A stretch of 64,000 bases of DNA. Source: Verrucomicrobiota bacterium (GTDB lineage: Bacteria > Verrucomicrobiota > Verrucomicrobiia > Limisphaerales > UBA11358). The notes under the pieces are model-generated. The model was not told where the DNA came from. It saw only the letters and a list, made by a program, of their open reading frames with translations, and ran no database searches. Below, in pieces: positions 1-9,488 of the stretch (positions are counted from its first letter, which is position 1; each line of letters begins with the position of its first letter). The translations under genes and the position numbers were made by a program. The stretch spans positions 2,707-66,706 of the forward strand of contig JBEKMU010000013.1 in assembly GCA_049523555.1 (NCBI GenBank), in the 5' to 3' direction.

Positions 1-11
1 GCGCCAACGAA

Positions 12-329
12 TCAACCTTTGAAAAGGTTCTGCAAGGCTAGGGCCGCAATCGTCACCACCAGCATCAGGCCGCTCGGCATGAACTTTTTCGTCTTCGCCA
101 GCCGCACGGCAAACACAACAATCAACAACGCCATGAGGATGTTCGCCAAATCCCGCGCGAACGCTGGCTGGAAAATCCCGCGCAGCGTCGTCAGCACCAG
201 CAATGCTGCAAACACCGCTGACGTGACGAGCGAGACCTTGCTCTTCGCCTTCAAAAAACCAATCAACCCGCCGACGAGCAGCAGGATGATGTAAATCCAG
301 AGAACTGTGTTGGCAAAATTGTGCATCAC
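12..329 (-). CDS. TMEM14-family small integral membrane protein
   Basis: 105-aa ORF with four hydrophobic helices. The motif VGGLIGFLKAKSKVSLVTS resembles the GGxxGYxKxGSxxSL signature of the TMEM14/UPF0136 family (from memory). Confidence 0.65.
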   Translation of the reverse strand: MMHNFANTVLWIYIILLLVGGLIGFLKAKSKVSLVTSAVFAALLVLTTLRGIFQPAFARDLANILMALLIVVFAVRLAKTKKFMPSGLMLVVTIAALALQNLFKG

Positions 330-341
330 GCGCAGGCTGCC

Positions 342-521
342 TTAATTCGCCATCGCGTCCAAGCTCAGAATTTCACCCGGCTCGCATTCCGCGATGATCT
401 CGAATGGGCGGCAGCATACCTCGCAATCCGTCGTGAACCGCTGGAACGGCACGCTCGTGTCCACCACCAGTTCGAACGCCTGCCCGCAGAATGGGCATTG
501 GATTTTCCCGGAAACTTCCAT
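342..521 (-). CDS. CPXCG-motif cysteine-rich (zinc-ribbon) protein
   Basis: The ORF 342..554 contains CPFCG ... CEVCCRPF, typical of the small CPXCG family. The likely start is the internal ATG (MEVSGKIQCPFCG) at 521. Confidence 0.7.
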   Translation of the reverse strand: MEVSGKIQCPFCGQAFELVVDTSVPFQRFTTDCEVCCRPFEIIAECEPGEILSLDAMAN

Positions 522-580
522 CGTGCAATCTAGTCCAGTGACGGCAAATCGCAACCCTTACCCTGCCATCGCCCCTGAAT

Positions 581-606
581 AAAAAAAGGCCGGCAACGTG
601 CCGGCC
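581..606 (-). terminator. Rho-independent terminator downstream of the outer-membrane protein gene
   Basis: On the minus strand, GGCCGGCA-CGT-TGCCGGCC is followed by a run of 7 T. It lies about 35 nt after the stop of ORF 641..1534. Confidence 0.75.
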
Positions 607-640
607 TTCCCGCAATCGGGAAATGTTTTCCGCACCCAGT

Positions 641-1534
641 CTAGAAACGCTTCGTGAGGGTCAGCGTGACGGCGTTGCCCTGCGCCCGGTTCTCGGCCAT
701 GAATTCGTAATTGTAGCGGAGCGAGACGAAGAACATCTGCTTCGGAAAAGCCACGTTGACTTCCGGGCCGACGGCCGCCACGCGATTGCGGCTGCTGGAC
801 GGCGAGCCGCTGTTGGCGGTCACCTGTTGCTGGTAGTAGCCCACCGCGCCCAGGTCAACGACCTTCGCCACCGTCTTGCTGACGCCCCATTCCAGCGTGT
901 AGGCATCTCCGTAAGTAACCTCTGTGTCACGCTGCTCGGTGTTGAACTCGAAGCGGTTCAACGCCGACACCGCCCAAGTCTTTTCCTCATCAATATACCA
1001 AGTGGCCCCGGCGGTTTGCATGAACGTCCAATAGCCCTGGCCGGGCTTCGTCGTAGGCCCGGGACTGGTTGGGGAGTCGCCCGTGGGCATGTCAACGCCG
1101 CTGCCGATCGCAAAGTCAAACTGCTTGAGATGCCACGACAGCGTACCTTCGGCGAACAAGTCACCGACACCGAACGTGTTGGCGCTGAACCCCGGGTTGG
1201 CACTGGCCTGCTGGTAAACGAGCGGCAAAAAACCGTCCACGCCCACGTTACCGCCGAGCAATTTCGTGTCCGTAATCCAGAGCAGACGGGGAAGGTTGAC
1301 GTAGGTAAACGCGTCGAGGTCGGCCGGGCCAATTTTATTGCCGGACGAATCGTTCAACTGGTCGGCCCAGTAGAAGTAATTGTAGTCGCGGAAATAGACG
1401 CCCGGCGGCGGCAGTGAGGCGCCTTTGATGCCTTCCACGCCGGGCGCGTAATGGGCCGAGGGTTGGGCCTGCAAAATACCCGGCAGCGCCATCAGTGACG
1501 CCGCCAGCAAGAGGAATTGGATTCGAGTTTTCAT
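641..1534 (-). CDS. Outer-membrane beta-barrel protein, MetA-pathway/phenol-degradation-like transporter family
   Basis: Signal peptide MKTRIQFLLLAASLMALPGILQA, alternating beta-strand pattern, aromatic-rich sequence and a C-terminal F. The N-terminal GxYFRDYNxFY pattern resembles Pfam Phenol_MetA_deg (from memory). Confidence 0.6.
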   Translation of the reverse strand: MKTRIQFLLLAASLMALPGILQAQPSAHYAPGVEGIKGASLPPPGVYFRDYNYFYWADQLNDSSGNKIGPADLDAFTYVNLPRLLWITDTKLLGGNVGVDGFLPLVYQQASANPGFSANTFGVGDLFAEGTLSWHLKQFDFAIGSGVDMPTGDSPTSPGPTTKPGQGYWTFMQTAGATWYIDEEKTWAVSALNRFEFNTEQRDTEVTYGDAYTLEWGVSKTVAKVVDLGAVGYYQQQVTANSGSPSSSRNRVAAVGPEVNVAFPKQMFFVSLRYNYEFMAENRAQGNAVTLTLTKRF

Positions 1535-1564
1535 GGTTGTTTTTTTGAAGGTTGGAGTTGAGGG

Positions 1565-2890
1565 TTAAACATCCTGCAATTTGCCGGTCAGGAAGGCCTC
1601 ATAGGCGCTCAAATCGAGCAGGCCGTGGCCGGAAAGGTTGAAGAGAATAACGCGTTTCTTTCCGGCGTCGCGGGCTTTCTTCGCTTCTTCGATGACCGCG
1701 GCAATCGCGTGCGCGGATTCTGGGGCGGGCACAATCCCTTCGCTGCGCGCAAAGAGTGTTCCGGCCTCGAAGACTTTCGTCTGATGATAAGCTTCCGCCT
1801 CGATAAGTCCGAGTTTGAGGGCGTGGCTGACCATCGGCGACATGCCGTGATAACGCAGTCCGCCCGCGTGGATCGGCGGCGGCATGAAATCATGTCCCAG
1901 CGTGTACATCATCAGCAGCGGCGTGGTCATGGCCGTGTCGCCGAAATCGTAGCGCAGTTCACCCTTGGTCATCGAAGGACAGGCGGAAGGTTCGACGGCG
2001 ACAATGCGATACTTCTTTTTCCCGGTGATTTTCTTGTGGATGAACGGAAACGCGATGCCGGCGAAATTGCTCCCGCCGCCGCAGCAGGCGATGATCGAGT
2101 CCGGCTCCTCGCCGGCCATTTCCATCTGTTTGATGGATTCCTGGCCGATGACGGTCTGGTGGAGGCATACGTGATTCAGCACACTGCCGAGCGAGTATTT
2201 CGTGTTCGGATGCTTGGCGGTATCTTCAATGGCTTCGCTGATGGCGATGCCGAGGCTGCCCGGACACTTCGGGTTCTGCGCCCGTACTTTGCGCCCGTAT
2301 TCGGTCTGGTCACTGGGGCTGGGATGCACCGTCGCGCCCCAAGTGTGCATGAGCATCCGGCGATAGGGCTTTTGCTCGTAGCTGACCTTGACCATGTAAA
2401 CGTTGCACTCCAGGCCAAAGAGTTTGCACCCCAGTGCCAAGGCCGAACCCCACTGGCCTGCGCCCGTTTCGGTGGCGAGCCGTTTGGTGCCGGCGACCTT
2501 GTTGTAATAAGCTTGCGCAACGGCGGTGTTGGGCTTGTGGCTGCCGGCGGGGCTGGCGCCTTCGTATTTGTAATAAATGTGCGCCGGTGTCTGGAGCGCC
2601 TTCTCGAAGCGCAACGCACGCAGCAGGGGCGTTGGCCGCCACAGCGCGTAGATGTCGCGGATCTCATCGGGAATCGGAACCCAGCGGTCGGGGCACATTT
2701 CCTGTTTGACGAGGTTCTCTGGAAAAATTGCCAGTAACGCGTCCGGCGGCACGGGCTGTTTGGTGCCCGGATGCAGCGGCGGCGGCAGCGGTTCCGGAAA
2801 GTCAGCCAGCAGATTGTACCATTGCTTGGGAATGTCAGCCTGTGTCAACGCGAAGTGGGTTTGCGTGTTCATAATGGTTGAAGTTGGCAA
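1565..2890 (-). CDS. TrpB-like PLP-dependent enzyme (tryptophan synthase beta chain 2 type)
   Basis: 441 aa. [13 protein letters not shown] at the N-terminus, the [20 protein letters not shown]-lysine motif and a GGGSNFAG glycine loop are characteristic of the TrpB2 clade. Confidence 0.9.
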   Translation of the reverse strand: MPTSTIMNTQTHFALTQADIPKQWYNLLADFPEPLPPPLHPGTKQPVPPDALLAIFPENLVKQEMCPDRWVPIPDEIRDIYALWRPTPLLRALRFEKALQTPAHIYYKYEGASPAGSHKPNTAVAQAYYNKVAGTKRLATETGAGQWGSALALGCKLFGLECNVYMVKVSYEQKPYRRMLMHTWGATVHPSPSDQTEYGRKVRAQNPKCPGSLGIAISEAIEDTAKHPNTKYSLGSVLNHVCLHQTVIGQESIKQMEMAGEEPDSIIACCGGGSNFAGIAFPFIHKKITGKKKYRIVAVEPSACPSMTKGELRYDFGDTAMTTPLLMMYTLGHDFMPPPIHAGGLRYHGMSPMVSHALKLGLIEAEAYHQTKVFEAGTLFARSEGIVPAPESAHAIAAVIEEAKKARDAGKKRVILFNLSGHGLLDLSAYEAFLTGKLQDV

Positions 2891-3522
2891 ATAGTTTACC
2901 AGCCGTCAAACCCCTTGTCACGCAAATATTAGCGGACTGCTATAGTGCTAATAATTAAAACAACTGGAAGTTATTCAAATGGCTGGCGCCGGCCCGCCGG
3001 TTTCTGTCGTAGTGATGTCCTCAACGCTTTCGCCGGCAAGCGTTGACGTCATCTCCCGCCCGCACCCGGACGTTTATGCGAAGTGATATGAGCGCGAGGG
3101 CAAATCAGAATGGCGCATTCGAAACGAATGCTAAATCAATTCAGCCACGAAGCCTCAGAATAGGCTGCATTTGTAGTGTCAAACATTATAAAAAGAGTCG
3201 TATCCCAACTGATAGACAAATTTTGCCGGTCTGTCAAAATAAGCGGTATGAAATCGCGATGCCGCCGACATCACCGGTGGTCTTCTGGCACTTCTGACGA
3301 TCAACGTCCCGGCAACCGTGCGTTATGCGAATGTGAGCAGAAACGAGGCATTTCCGGACACAGGATTGTACTAACAACCTATCCGGCCGACGAAGCACCT
3401 CCACTTCGACATGTTTCATCAGGTGGAAACGCTTCAACCATTATCCGCCAAGCTTTTTTCCTAGATACAGATAAGGAAGGCGTACAAAGGAAGTTGTTGA
3501 GGAAAATTTTGGAGTCGAAAGC

Positions 3523-6500
3523 ATGAAACCGAAAATGCTCCTTCTGGTCATGATGGCAAGTGCCGGTACTATTCTCAGGCCACCCTTTGCGACGGCACAG
3601 CAGATTTTACATGGTCATGTGCCGGAGGCTGTGGTGCGCCTGCGGTTGCAGCCGATTGGCCGGCTTGCCGGCACGAATCATCTGTCACTGGCGATCGGAC
3701 TGCCGTTACGGAACCGGGAATCACTCACCAATTTGCTTCAGCAGCTTTATGATCCGGCCAGCACCAATTACCACCACTATCTTACACCGCAACAATTCAC
3801 CGAAGCCTTTGGTCCGACCGAACAGGATTATAAGGCGGTCATCGCTTTTGCAAAAGCGAACAACCTGACAGTGGCGACAACCCATCCCAACCGACTGTTG
3901 CTCGACGTGAGCGGAACGGTGGCGGAAATTGAGCAAGCGCTCAAGGTAACGCTGCGCGTTTACCAGCATCCGACGGAAAAGCGCACTTTTTACGCGCCGG
4001 ACACGGCGCCTTCACTCGCCTTGACCGTTCCGGTCTTGCACATCAGCGGCCTGGATAATTACGCGTTGCCGCATCCCCGGCTCAAGGCCAGCCATATTGC
4101 GAAAAACAACACCGCGTCGCCCAACACCGGTTCGGGACCTGACGGCTGCTATATGGGGAACGATTTCCGGGCCGCTTACGTTCCGGATTCGTCATTGACC
4201 GGTTCGGGACAGGTGGTCGGTTTGTTGCAGTTTGATGGATATACGGCCAGCGACATCATTTACTACGAGAATCTGGCCGGGCTGCCAAATGTTACATTGA
4301 CCAATGTGCTGTTGGACGAATTCGACGGCTACCCGACTGGTTATGGAGATATTGAGGTCTGTCTGGACATTGAAATGGCCATTTCGATGGCACCGGATTT
4401 ATCCCAGGTGATTGTTTATGAAGCGCCGAACGGCAGTCCGTTTGAGGACATCATGAACCGTATGGCCACGGACAACCTGGCCAGGCAGTTGAGTTGTTCA
4501 TGGTATATACCCGACGGTAGGCCCGATGCGACCGCCGACCAGATTTGGCAAGAGATGGCGGCGCAGGGCCAGTCATTTTTCAACGCGTCAGGTGACTACG
4601 GAGCCTATACCGGTTTGATTAGCTTTCCCGGTGACACGCCCTATATCACCCAGGTTGGCGGAACAACTTTGACGACGAGCGGTCCGGGCGGAGTCCGGCT
4701 GTCTGAAACCGTTTGGAACCGGAACAATGGCATCGCCAGCGGCGGCGGAATCAGCACGAGTTATCCAATTCCGGACTGGCAAGCAGGGCTCGACATGACA
4801 GCCTGTCAAGGCTCGGTGACGATGCGCAACACGCCGGATGTGGCGCTGACCGCTGACGATATTTACGTCCGAGCCGATGGTCAGGACTACTCTGTCGGCG
4901 GAACCAGTTGTGCCGCCCCATTGTGGGCGGGATTCATGGCCCTGGTCAACCAGCAGGTCGCCGCCTACGGCAGGCCGCCCGCCGGCTTCATCAACCCGGC
5001 CATCTATGCCCTGGCCAAAGGATCGTTTTATGGCGCCTGCTTTCATGACATCACCACCGGCAATAACACCAACAACAGCAGCCCAAATCTTTACTATGCC
5101 GTTCCCGGCTACGACCTCTGCACGGGTTGGGGCACGCCCAACGGCGCGAACCTCATCAACGCCCTGGCTCCGCCCGACTGGCTGGTTATTACTCCATCCT
5201 ACGGCTTCACTTCCAGCGGCAATCCTGGTGGGCCATTCTCCGTCAATTCACAGAGCTTGAACTTGACCAACGCAGGAACCAACCAGTTTGCCTGGTCTCT
5301 CAGCAATACTTCACCCTGGCTGAATGTCTCGACCAACGGAGGCACACTGACGCCGGGCGGAGCCTCAGCCACGGTGATGGTGAGCCTTAGCCCGGCGGCC
5401 AGCGACCTGCCCCCCGGCGTATACACCGCAACGCTCTGGTTCACCAACCTCGATGATTCAATCGGACAGGGTCGCACCTTTACTTTGATCGTGCTGGGCG
5501 CACCTATGATAGCTGTGCAGCCAAAGAATCAAGTGGCTGTAGCGGGTGGCACTGCAACTTTCACCATCAAAGTAACGGGTGCCACACCCTTGAGTTACAC
5601 CTGGCAGAGGAACGGCAGCTACATCCCTGGCGCGACCAATGCGATTTACACCAACAACAACGCGCAATTGTCCGACTCCGGCAGCCAGTTCTGTTGCATG
5701 GTCACCAACGCCTTTGGCGCCATCACCAGTTCGGTCGCGTCGTTGACAGTCTTCAGTCCTCCCTGGCACTTGTTTAGCGGATTCGATGGCGCCAATCCTG
5801 CCGGCGCTCTGGTGCTGGGCAGTGACGGCAACTTCTATGGCACGACCGAGGGCGGTGGGTTCTACGGCTGTGGAACCATATTCAGAATGACAACGAATGG
5901 GGAGTTGACCACCTTGGTCTCGTTCAACAACGCGAATGGAGTCTTTCCTGCAGCCGGTCTGGTGCAGGGCAGCGACGGCAACTTCTACGGCACCGCGGAA
6001 TACGGCGGAGCCTACAGCTATGGAACCATTTTCAGAATGACTGCCAATGGCGCGCTGACCACCCTGGTTTCGTTCAATGGCACGAATGGTTCAATACCCC
6101 AAGCCGTTCTGGTGCAGGGCAGCGACGGCAATTTTTATGGCACGACGTCTTATGGCGGAGCGGACTTTAACGGATCCGTGCAGAGCGGCAACGGCACCGT
6201 CTTTAGAATAACGCCCAACGGCCTGCTGACCACCCTGGTTCTGTTCGACATGACGAACACTGGCGCCGATCCCTGCGGTGGCCTAGTGCAGGCCGGTGAT
6301 GGGAATTTCTATGGCACAACCCTTTATGGCACAACCCTGAATGGACCAACCTACGGTACCGTATTCAGAATGACAACCAATGGCGTGTTGACAACGTTGG
6401 TTACGTTCAATGCGCCGTATGCGATGGATGGCGGCGCCCCCTATGCCGGCCTGGTGCAGGGCAATGACGGGAATCTCTATGGCACGACCGCGGCAGGCGG

Positions 6501-8574
6501 AGCCTACAACCTTGGAACCGTATTCAGAGTGACCACCAATGGCTTGCTGACCACCCTGGTTTCGTTCAATGGCACGAATGGGATGAAGCCCCAAGCCGCG
6601 CTGGTGCGGGGCAGCGACGGCAATTTCTATGGCGTCACGTCGTTCGGCGGACCCTACGGTGACGGAACTGTGTTCAGCGTGGCAAGCGATGGGACATTGC
6701 ACACGTTCCTCGTGTTCGCGGGCATCAATGGCTTCTGGCCCACAGCCGCGCTGGTGCAAGGCAGTGATGGCAATTTCTATGGCACGACTTTTTATGGCGG
6801 CGACGGCTACGACCCCCTGTTGGACTTTAGTGGCAATGGCATCGTCTTCCGCCTGGTGCCGCCTCCAAGCCCAAGCCCGCCGCTAATTGTCGTGCAACCT
6901 CTGAATCAGACCGCGGTGGTCGGCGACACCGCGTCCTTCTCCATCATCGCCATCGGCAGCGCAGCTTTGAGTTATTCCTGGATGCACCAAGGTGCCTTGG
7001 TTCCCGGTGCAACGAGCGCCACTTGCACGCTGACGAACGTTTCCGCGGCGGACGCGGGCAGTTACTACGCTGTCGTGACCAATGACTACGGCAGTGTCAC
7101 CAGCCGCGTAGCCACCTTAACCATAACCGCGTTGGTGGCGGCTGAACTCGGAGTTTACGGCCAGCAACTGGTGGTATTTTTTCCGACCACTACCAGAACC
7201 AATTATACGCTGCAAATCACCACCAATCCAGCTTCCGGCAATTGGGTGACGGTCACCAACGGCATTCCCTTGAGCGGCTTGGAAATTGACAGCGTCCCCG
7301 GCCCAGCCTTTTTCCGGTTTAGCCGCGGTAGGCCAAGCGTAACATGTCTTGCTGCCGGCTATTCCCACAGCCTGTTTGTGAAACACGACGGCAGTCTGTG
7401 GGCCATGGGCAACAACAGTTGCGGCCAGTTGGGCAACGGTACTTACAACAGCACCAACCTCCCCGAGGAAATTGTGGCCGACAACGTCATGGCAATGGCC
7501 GGCGGTTGGACACATAGTCTATTTGTGGAACGCGACGGCAGTTTGTGGGGTATGGGCTGCAACACTTTTGGCCAGTTGGGCAACGGCGCTTTCAGCACCG
7601 ACACCCCCGAGGAGATTGTGACCACCAACGTCACAGCCATTGCCGCCGGCGGTTTGCATACCCTGTTTATCAAGGGCGATGGCAGCCTGTGGGCCATGGG
7701 TTGGAACCAGTCTGGCCAGTTGGGTGACGGAACTTACATTAACACCAACCGTCCCGAACAAATTGTGACCAGTGATGTTATGGCCATCGCCGGCGGATAT
7801 TGTCACAGTCTTTTCCTGAAGAGTGACGGCAGCCTGTGGGCCATGGGCAACAACAGTTGCGGCCAGTTGGGTGACGGAATTTACATTAACACCAACCACC
7901 CCGAACAGATCGTGGCCAGCAATGTTATGGCCATTGCCTGCGGATATAGCCACAGCCTTTTCTTGAAGAGTGACGGCAGCCTGTGGGCCATGGGCGATAA
8001 TTCTTACGGCGAATTGGGCGACGGCTCTTACAACCGGACGAACCGGCCCGAGCAGATCGTTGCCAGCAATGTCACAGCCATTGCTGCCGGAAATGGTTTC
8101 AGTTTGTTTTCCGAGCGCGACGGCAGCCTGTGGGCCATGGGTTGGAACCAGTCTGGCCAGTTGGGTAACGGAACTTACATCAACACCAACCGCCCCGAAC
8201 AGATCATGGCCAGCAATGTTATGGCCATTGCCTGCGGATATAGCCACAGCCTTTTCCTGAAGAGTGACGGCAGCCTGTGGGCCATGGGCGATAATTCTTA
8301 CGGCGAATTGGGCGACGGCTCTTACGCCACCAACTTCCCCTACGGAATCAACCACCCCGAGGAGGTTGTGGGCATTAGTGTACCCGTGCTGGGTATTGGT
8401 ACCTGGAGCAATCAGCCGGTGGTTTTTTACCCGGTCGCCACCGCCACCAATGATTTGCTGCTGATTACGACCAATCTCACATCCGGCAATTGGGCGCCAT
8501 TCAGCACCGGCATTCCCTTCAGCATCCTGCAAATCCCCAACGTCCCCAGCCCCTTCTTTTTCCGGCTGTATTAA
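3523..8574 (+). CDS. Secreted multidomain protein: pro-kumamolisin/sedolisin (S53) peptidase + BACON/Ig-like domains + 7x Gloeo_Verruco repeats + Ig-like + 7x RCC1 repeats
   Basis: Signal peptide MKPKMLLLVMMASAG...ATAQQ. An S53 pro-domain and catalytic domain with the serine motif VGGTSCAAPLWAG (about nt 4890-4930). Two Ig I-set-like modules (PxIxVQPxNQxAVxGxTAxF...YxxVVTNxxGSVTS). Seven xGSDGNFYGTT...GTIFRMTxNGxLTTLVSFN units. Seven HSLFxKSDGSLWAMGxNxxGQLGDG units. Confidence 0.9.
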   Translation: MKPKMLLLVMMASAGTILRPPFATAQQILHGHVPEAVVRLRLQPIGRLAGTNHLSLAIGLPLRNRESLTNLLQQLYDPASTNYHHYLTPQQFTEAFGPTEQDYKAVIAFAKANNLTVATTHPNRLLLDVSGTVAEIEQALKVTLRVYQHPTEKRTFYAPDTAPSLALTVPVLHISGLDNYALPHPRLKASHIAKNNTASPNTGSGPDGCYMGNDFRAAYVPDSSLTGSGQVVGLLQFDGYTASDIIYYENLAGLPNVTLTNVLLDEFDGYPTGYGDIEVCLDIEMAISMAPDLSQVIVYEAPNGSPFEDIMNRMATDNLARQLSCSWYIPDGRPDATADQIWQEMAAQGQSFFNASGDYGAYTGLISFPGDTPYITQVGGTTLTTSGPGGVRLSETVWNRNNGIASGGGISTSYPIPDWQAGLDMTACQGSVTMRNTPDVALTADDIYVRADGQDYSVGGTSCAAPLWAGFMALVNQQVAAYGRPPAGFINPAIYALAKGSFYGACFHDITTGNNTNNSSPNLYYAVPGYDLCTGWGTPNGANLINALAPPDWLVITPSYGFTSSGNPGGPFSVNSQSLNLTNAGTNQFAWSLSNTSPWLNVSTNGGTLTPGGASATVMVSLSPAASDLPPGVYTATLWFTNLDDSIGQGRTFTLIVLGAPMIAVQPKNQVAVAGGTATFTIKVTGATPLSYTWQRNGSYIPGATNAIYTNNNAQLSDSGSQFCCMVTNAFGAITSSVASLTVFSPPWHLFSGFDGANPAGALVLGSDGNFYGTTEGGGFYGCGTIFRMTTNGELTTLVSFNNANGVFPAAGLVQGSDGNFYGTAEYGGAYSYGTIFRMTANGALTTLVSFNGTNGSIPQAVLVQGSDGNFYGTTSYGGADFNGSVQSGNGTVFRITPNGLLTTLVLFDMTNTGADPCGGLVQAGDGNFYGTTLYGTTLNGPTYGTVFRMTTNGVLTTLVTFNAPYAMDGGAPYAGLVQGNDGNLYGTTAAGGAYNLGTVFRVTTNGLLTTLVSFNGTNGMKPQAALVRGSDGNFYGVTSFGGPYGDGTVFSVASDGTLHTFLVFAGINGFWPTAALVQGSDGNFYGTTFYGGDGYDPLLDFSGNGIVFRLVPPPSPSPPLIVVQPLNQTAVVGDTASFSIIAIGSAALSYSWMHQGALVPGATSATCTLTNVSAADAGSYYAVVTNDYGSVTSRVATLTITALVAAELGVYGQQLVVFFPTTTRTNYTLQITTNPASGNWVTVTNGIPLSGLEIDSVPGPAFFRFSRGRPSVTCLAAGYSHSLFVKHDGSLWAMGNNSCGQLGNGTYNSTNLPEEIVADNVMAMAGGWTHSLFVERDGSLWGMGCNTFGQLGNGAFSTDTPEEIVTTNVTAIAAGGLHTLFIKGDGSLWAMGWNQSGQLGDGTYINTNRPEQIVTSDVMAIAGGYCHSLFLKSDGSLWAMGNNSCGQLGDGIYINTNHPEQIVASNVMAIACGYSHSLFLKSDGSLWAMGDNSYGELGDGSYNRTNRPEQIVASNVTAIAAGNGFSLFSERDGSLWAMGWNQSGQLGNGTYINTNRPEQIMASNVMAIACGYSHSLFLKSDGSLWAMGDNSYGELGDGSYATNFPYGINHPEEVVGISVPVLGIGTWSNQPVVFYPVATATNDLLLITTNLTSGNWAPFSTGIPFSILQIPNVPSPFFFRLY
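5773..6862 (+). repeat. Seven tandem Gloeo_Verruco (GloVer, choice-of-anchor type) repeats inside the giant CDS
   Basis: I counted seven occurrences of G(S/N/G)DGN(F/L)YG, each followed by G(T/I)(I/V)F(R/S). The period is about 50 aa. Confidence 0.8.
7345..8370 (+). repeat. Seven tandem RCC1-type propeller blades inside the giant CDS
   Basis: Seven DGSLW(A/G)MG...GQLG(D/N)G units with a period of about 49 aa. Some pairs are nearly identical at the DNA level. Confidence 0.85.
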
Positions 8575-8789
8575 AACTGTTCAGCACTTGGCGAATCATA
8601 ATGGCAGCGTCATGACGGTTGGTGGTGGTGATAAGCTTCGCTTCAATCTCAACACGATCGGATTCCTTTAAAACACGTTCACGCATTGCATTGAACGCCT
8701 CATATCAAAACCGGGTCGCCACTGGGGTTGAACAACCCCAACCGCGGCAAAAGAAAAAATCCGACTGAGGAATTGGTCAGGGTTGGGAT

Positions 8790-9479
8790 TTAGAGCGAGC
8801 CTTCGGCTTGCATCCAATGGATGGCGTGTTGCAGGAGGTCGTTGGCATCTTTGAGGTTCAACTTCTCCTTGATGCGGGCGCGGTAGGTTTCAACGGTCCG
8901 CATGTCCAGATGAAGTTCGTCCGCGATCTGGCGCGTGCCGTGACCCTGACCGATCATTTCAAAGACCAGCAATTCGCGATCGGAAAGTTTGTCCATGGGC
9001 AGGCTGGGTTTGGCCCGCGCACCGCCAACCGCGGCAGCGGCGATTTGCGCCGCCATTTTTTCACTCAGGTAAATGTCACCGTTCAACACCGTGCGAATGG
9101 CCAGCATGATTTTCCGGGTGGCCTCCTGCTTGGTGATGTAGCCGCGGGCCCCGGCGCGAATCACCCGTTCCGCATGGAGCATTTCATCGTGCATCGAAAC
9201 CACCAGCACCACCAAATCCGGATACTGACTGCGAATGTCCTTGATCAATTCCATGCCATGCGAACGTTTGAGCGTGAGGTCCACGATGGCCAGATGCGGA
9301 CGCGTGGCAGCAATCAATTCCAGGGCCCGGAAACGGTCTTCCGCTTCGCCGCAGACGGCCAGATCCGGCTCGCGTTGGATGACTTCCGCCAGACGCTCGC
9401 GAACCATCGGGTGATCGTCCACCAGCAAGATGCGCATTTTTTCCGGCGGCGCTATTCCAGACTTTTTGTCCATTGCCAT
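8790..9479 (-). CDS. Response regulator, NarL/FixJ family (REC + LuxR-type HTH)
   Basis: MRILLVDDHPMVRE receiver start, a phospho-acceptor D in AIVDLTL, and a C-terminal LSDRELLVFEMIGQGHGTRQIADELHLDMRTVETYR HTH. Confidence 0.9.
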   Translation of the reverse strand: MAMDKKSGIAPPEKMRILLVDDHPMVRERLAEVIQREPDLAVCGEAEDRFRALELIAATRPHLAIVDLTLKRSHGMELIKDIRSQYPDLVVLVVSMHDEMLHAERVIRAGARGYITKQEATRKIMLAIRTVLNGDIYLSEKMAAQIAAAAVGGARAKPSLPMDKLSDRELLVFEMIGQGHGTRQIADELHLDMRTVETYRARIKEKLNLKDANDLLQHAIHWMQAEGSL

Positions 9480-9488
9480 AAATTGAAT

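Noticed and set aside
623-1417. Long antisense ORFs opposite well-supported genes. Examples: 623..1417, 1625..2737, 7519..8532, 26200..27387, 30623..31930, 31893..33158, 37976..39781, 44680..45834, 49242..50732, 56134..57174, 59027..59887, 60672..61661.
   Set aside because: They are typical shadow ORFs of GC-rich DNA. Their translations are Arg/Ala/Gly/His-rich with no recognisable motifs, and each is fully covered by a conserved gene on the other strand.
8575-8789. Possible ~52-aa minus-strand ORF (MRERVLKESDRVEIEAKLITTTNRHDAAIMIRQVLN...) downstream of the giant gene.
   Set aside because: It is below the ORF-track threshold, extends antisense into the giant CDS, and has no motif I can recognise. 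It may be a gene remnant, but this is unsupported.
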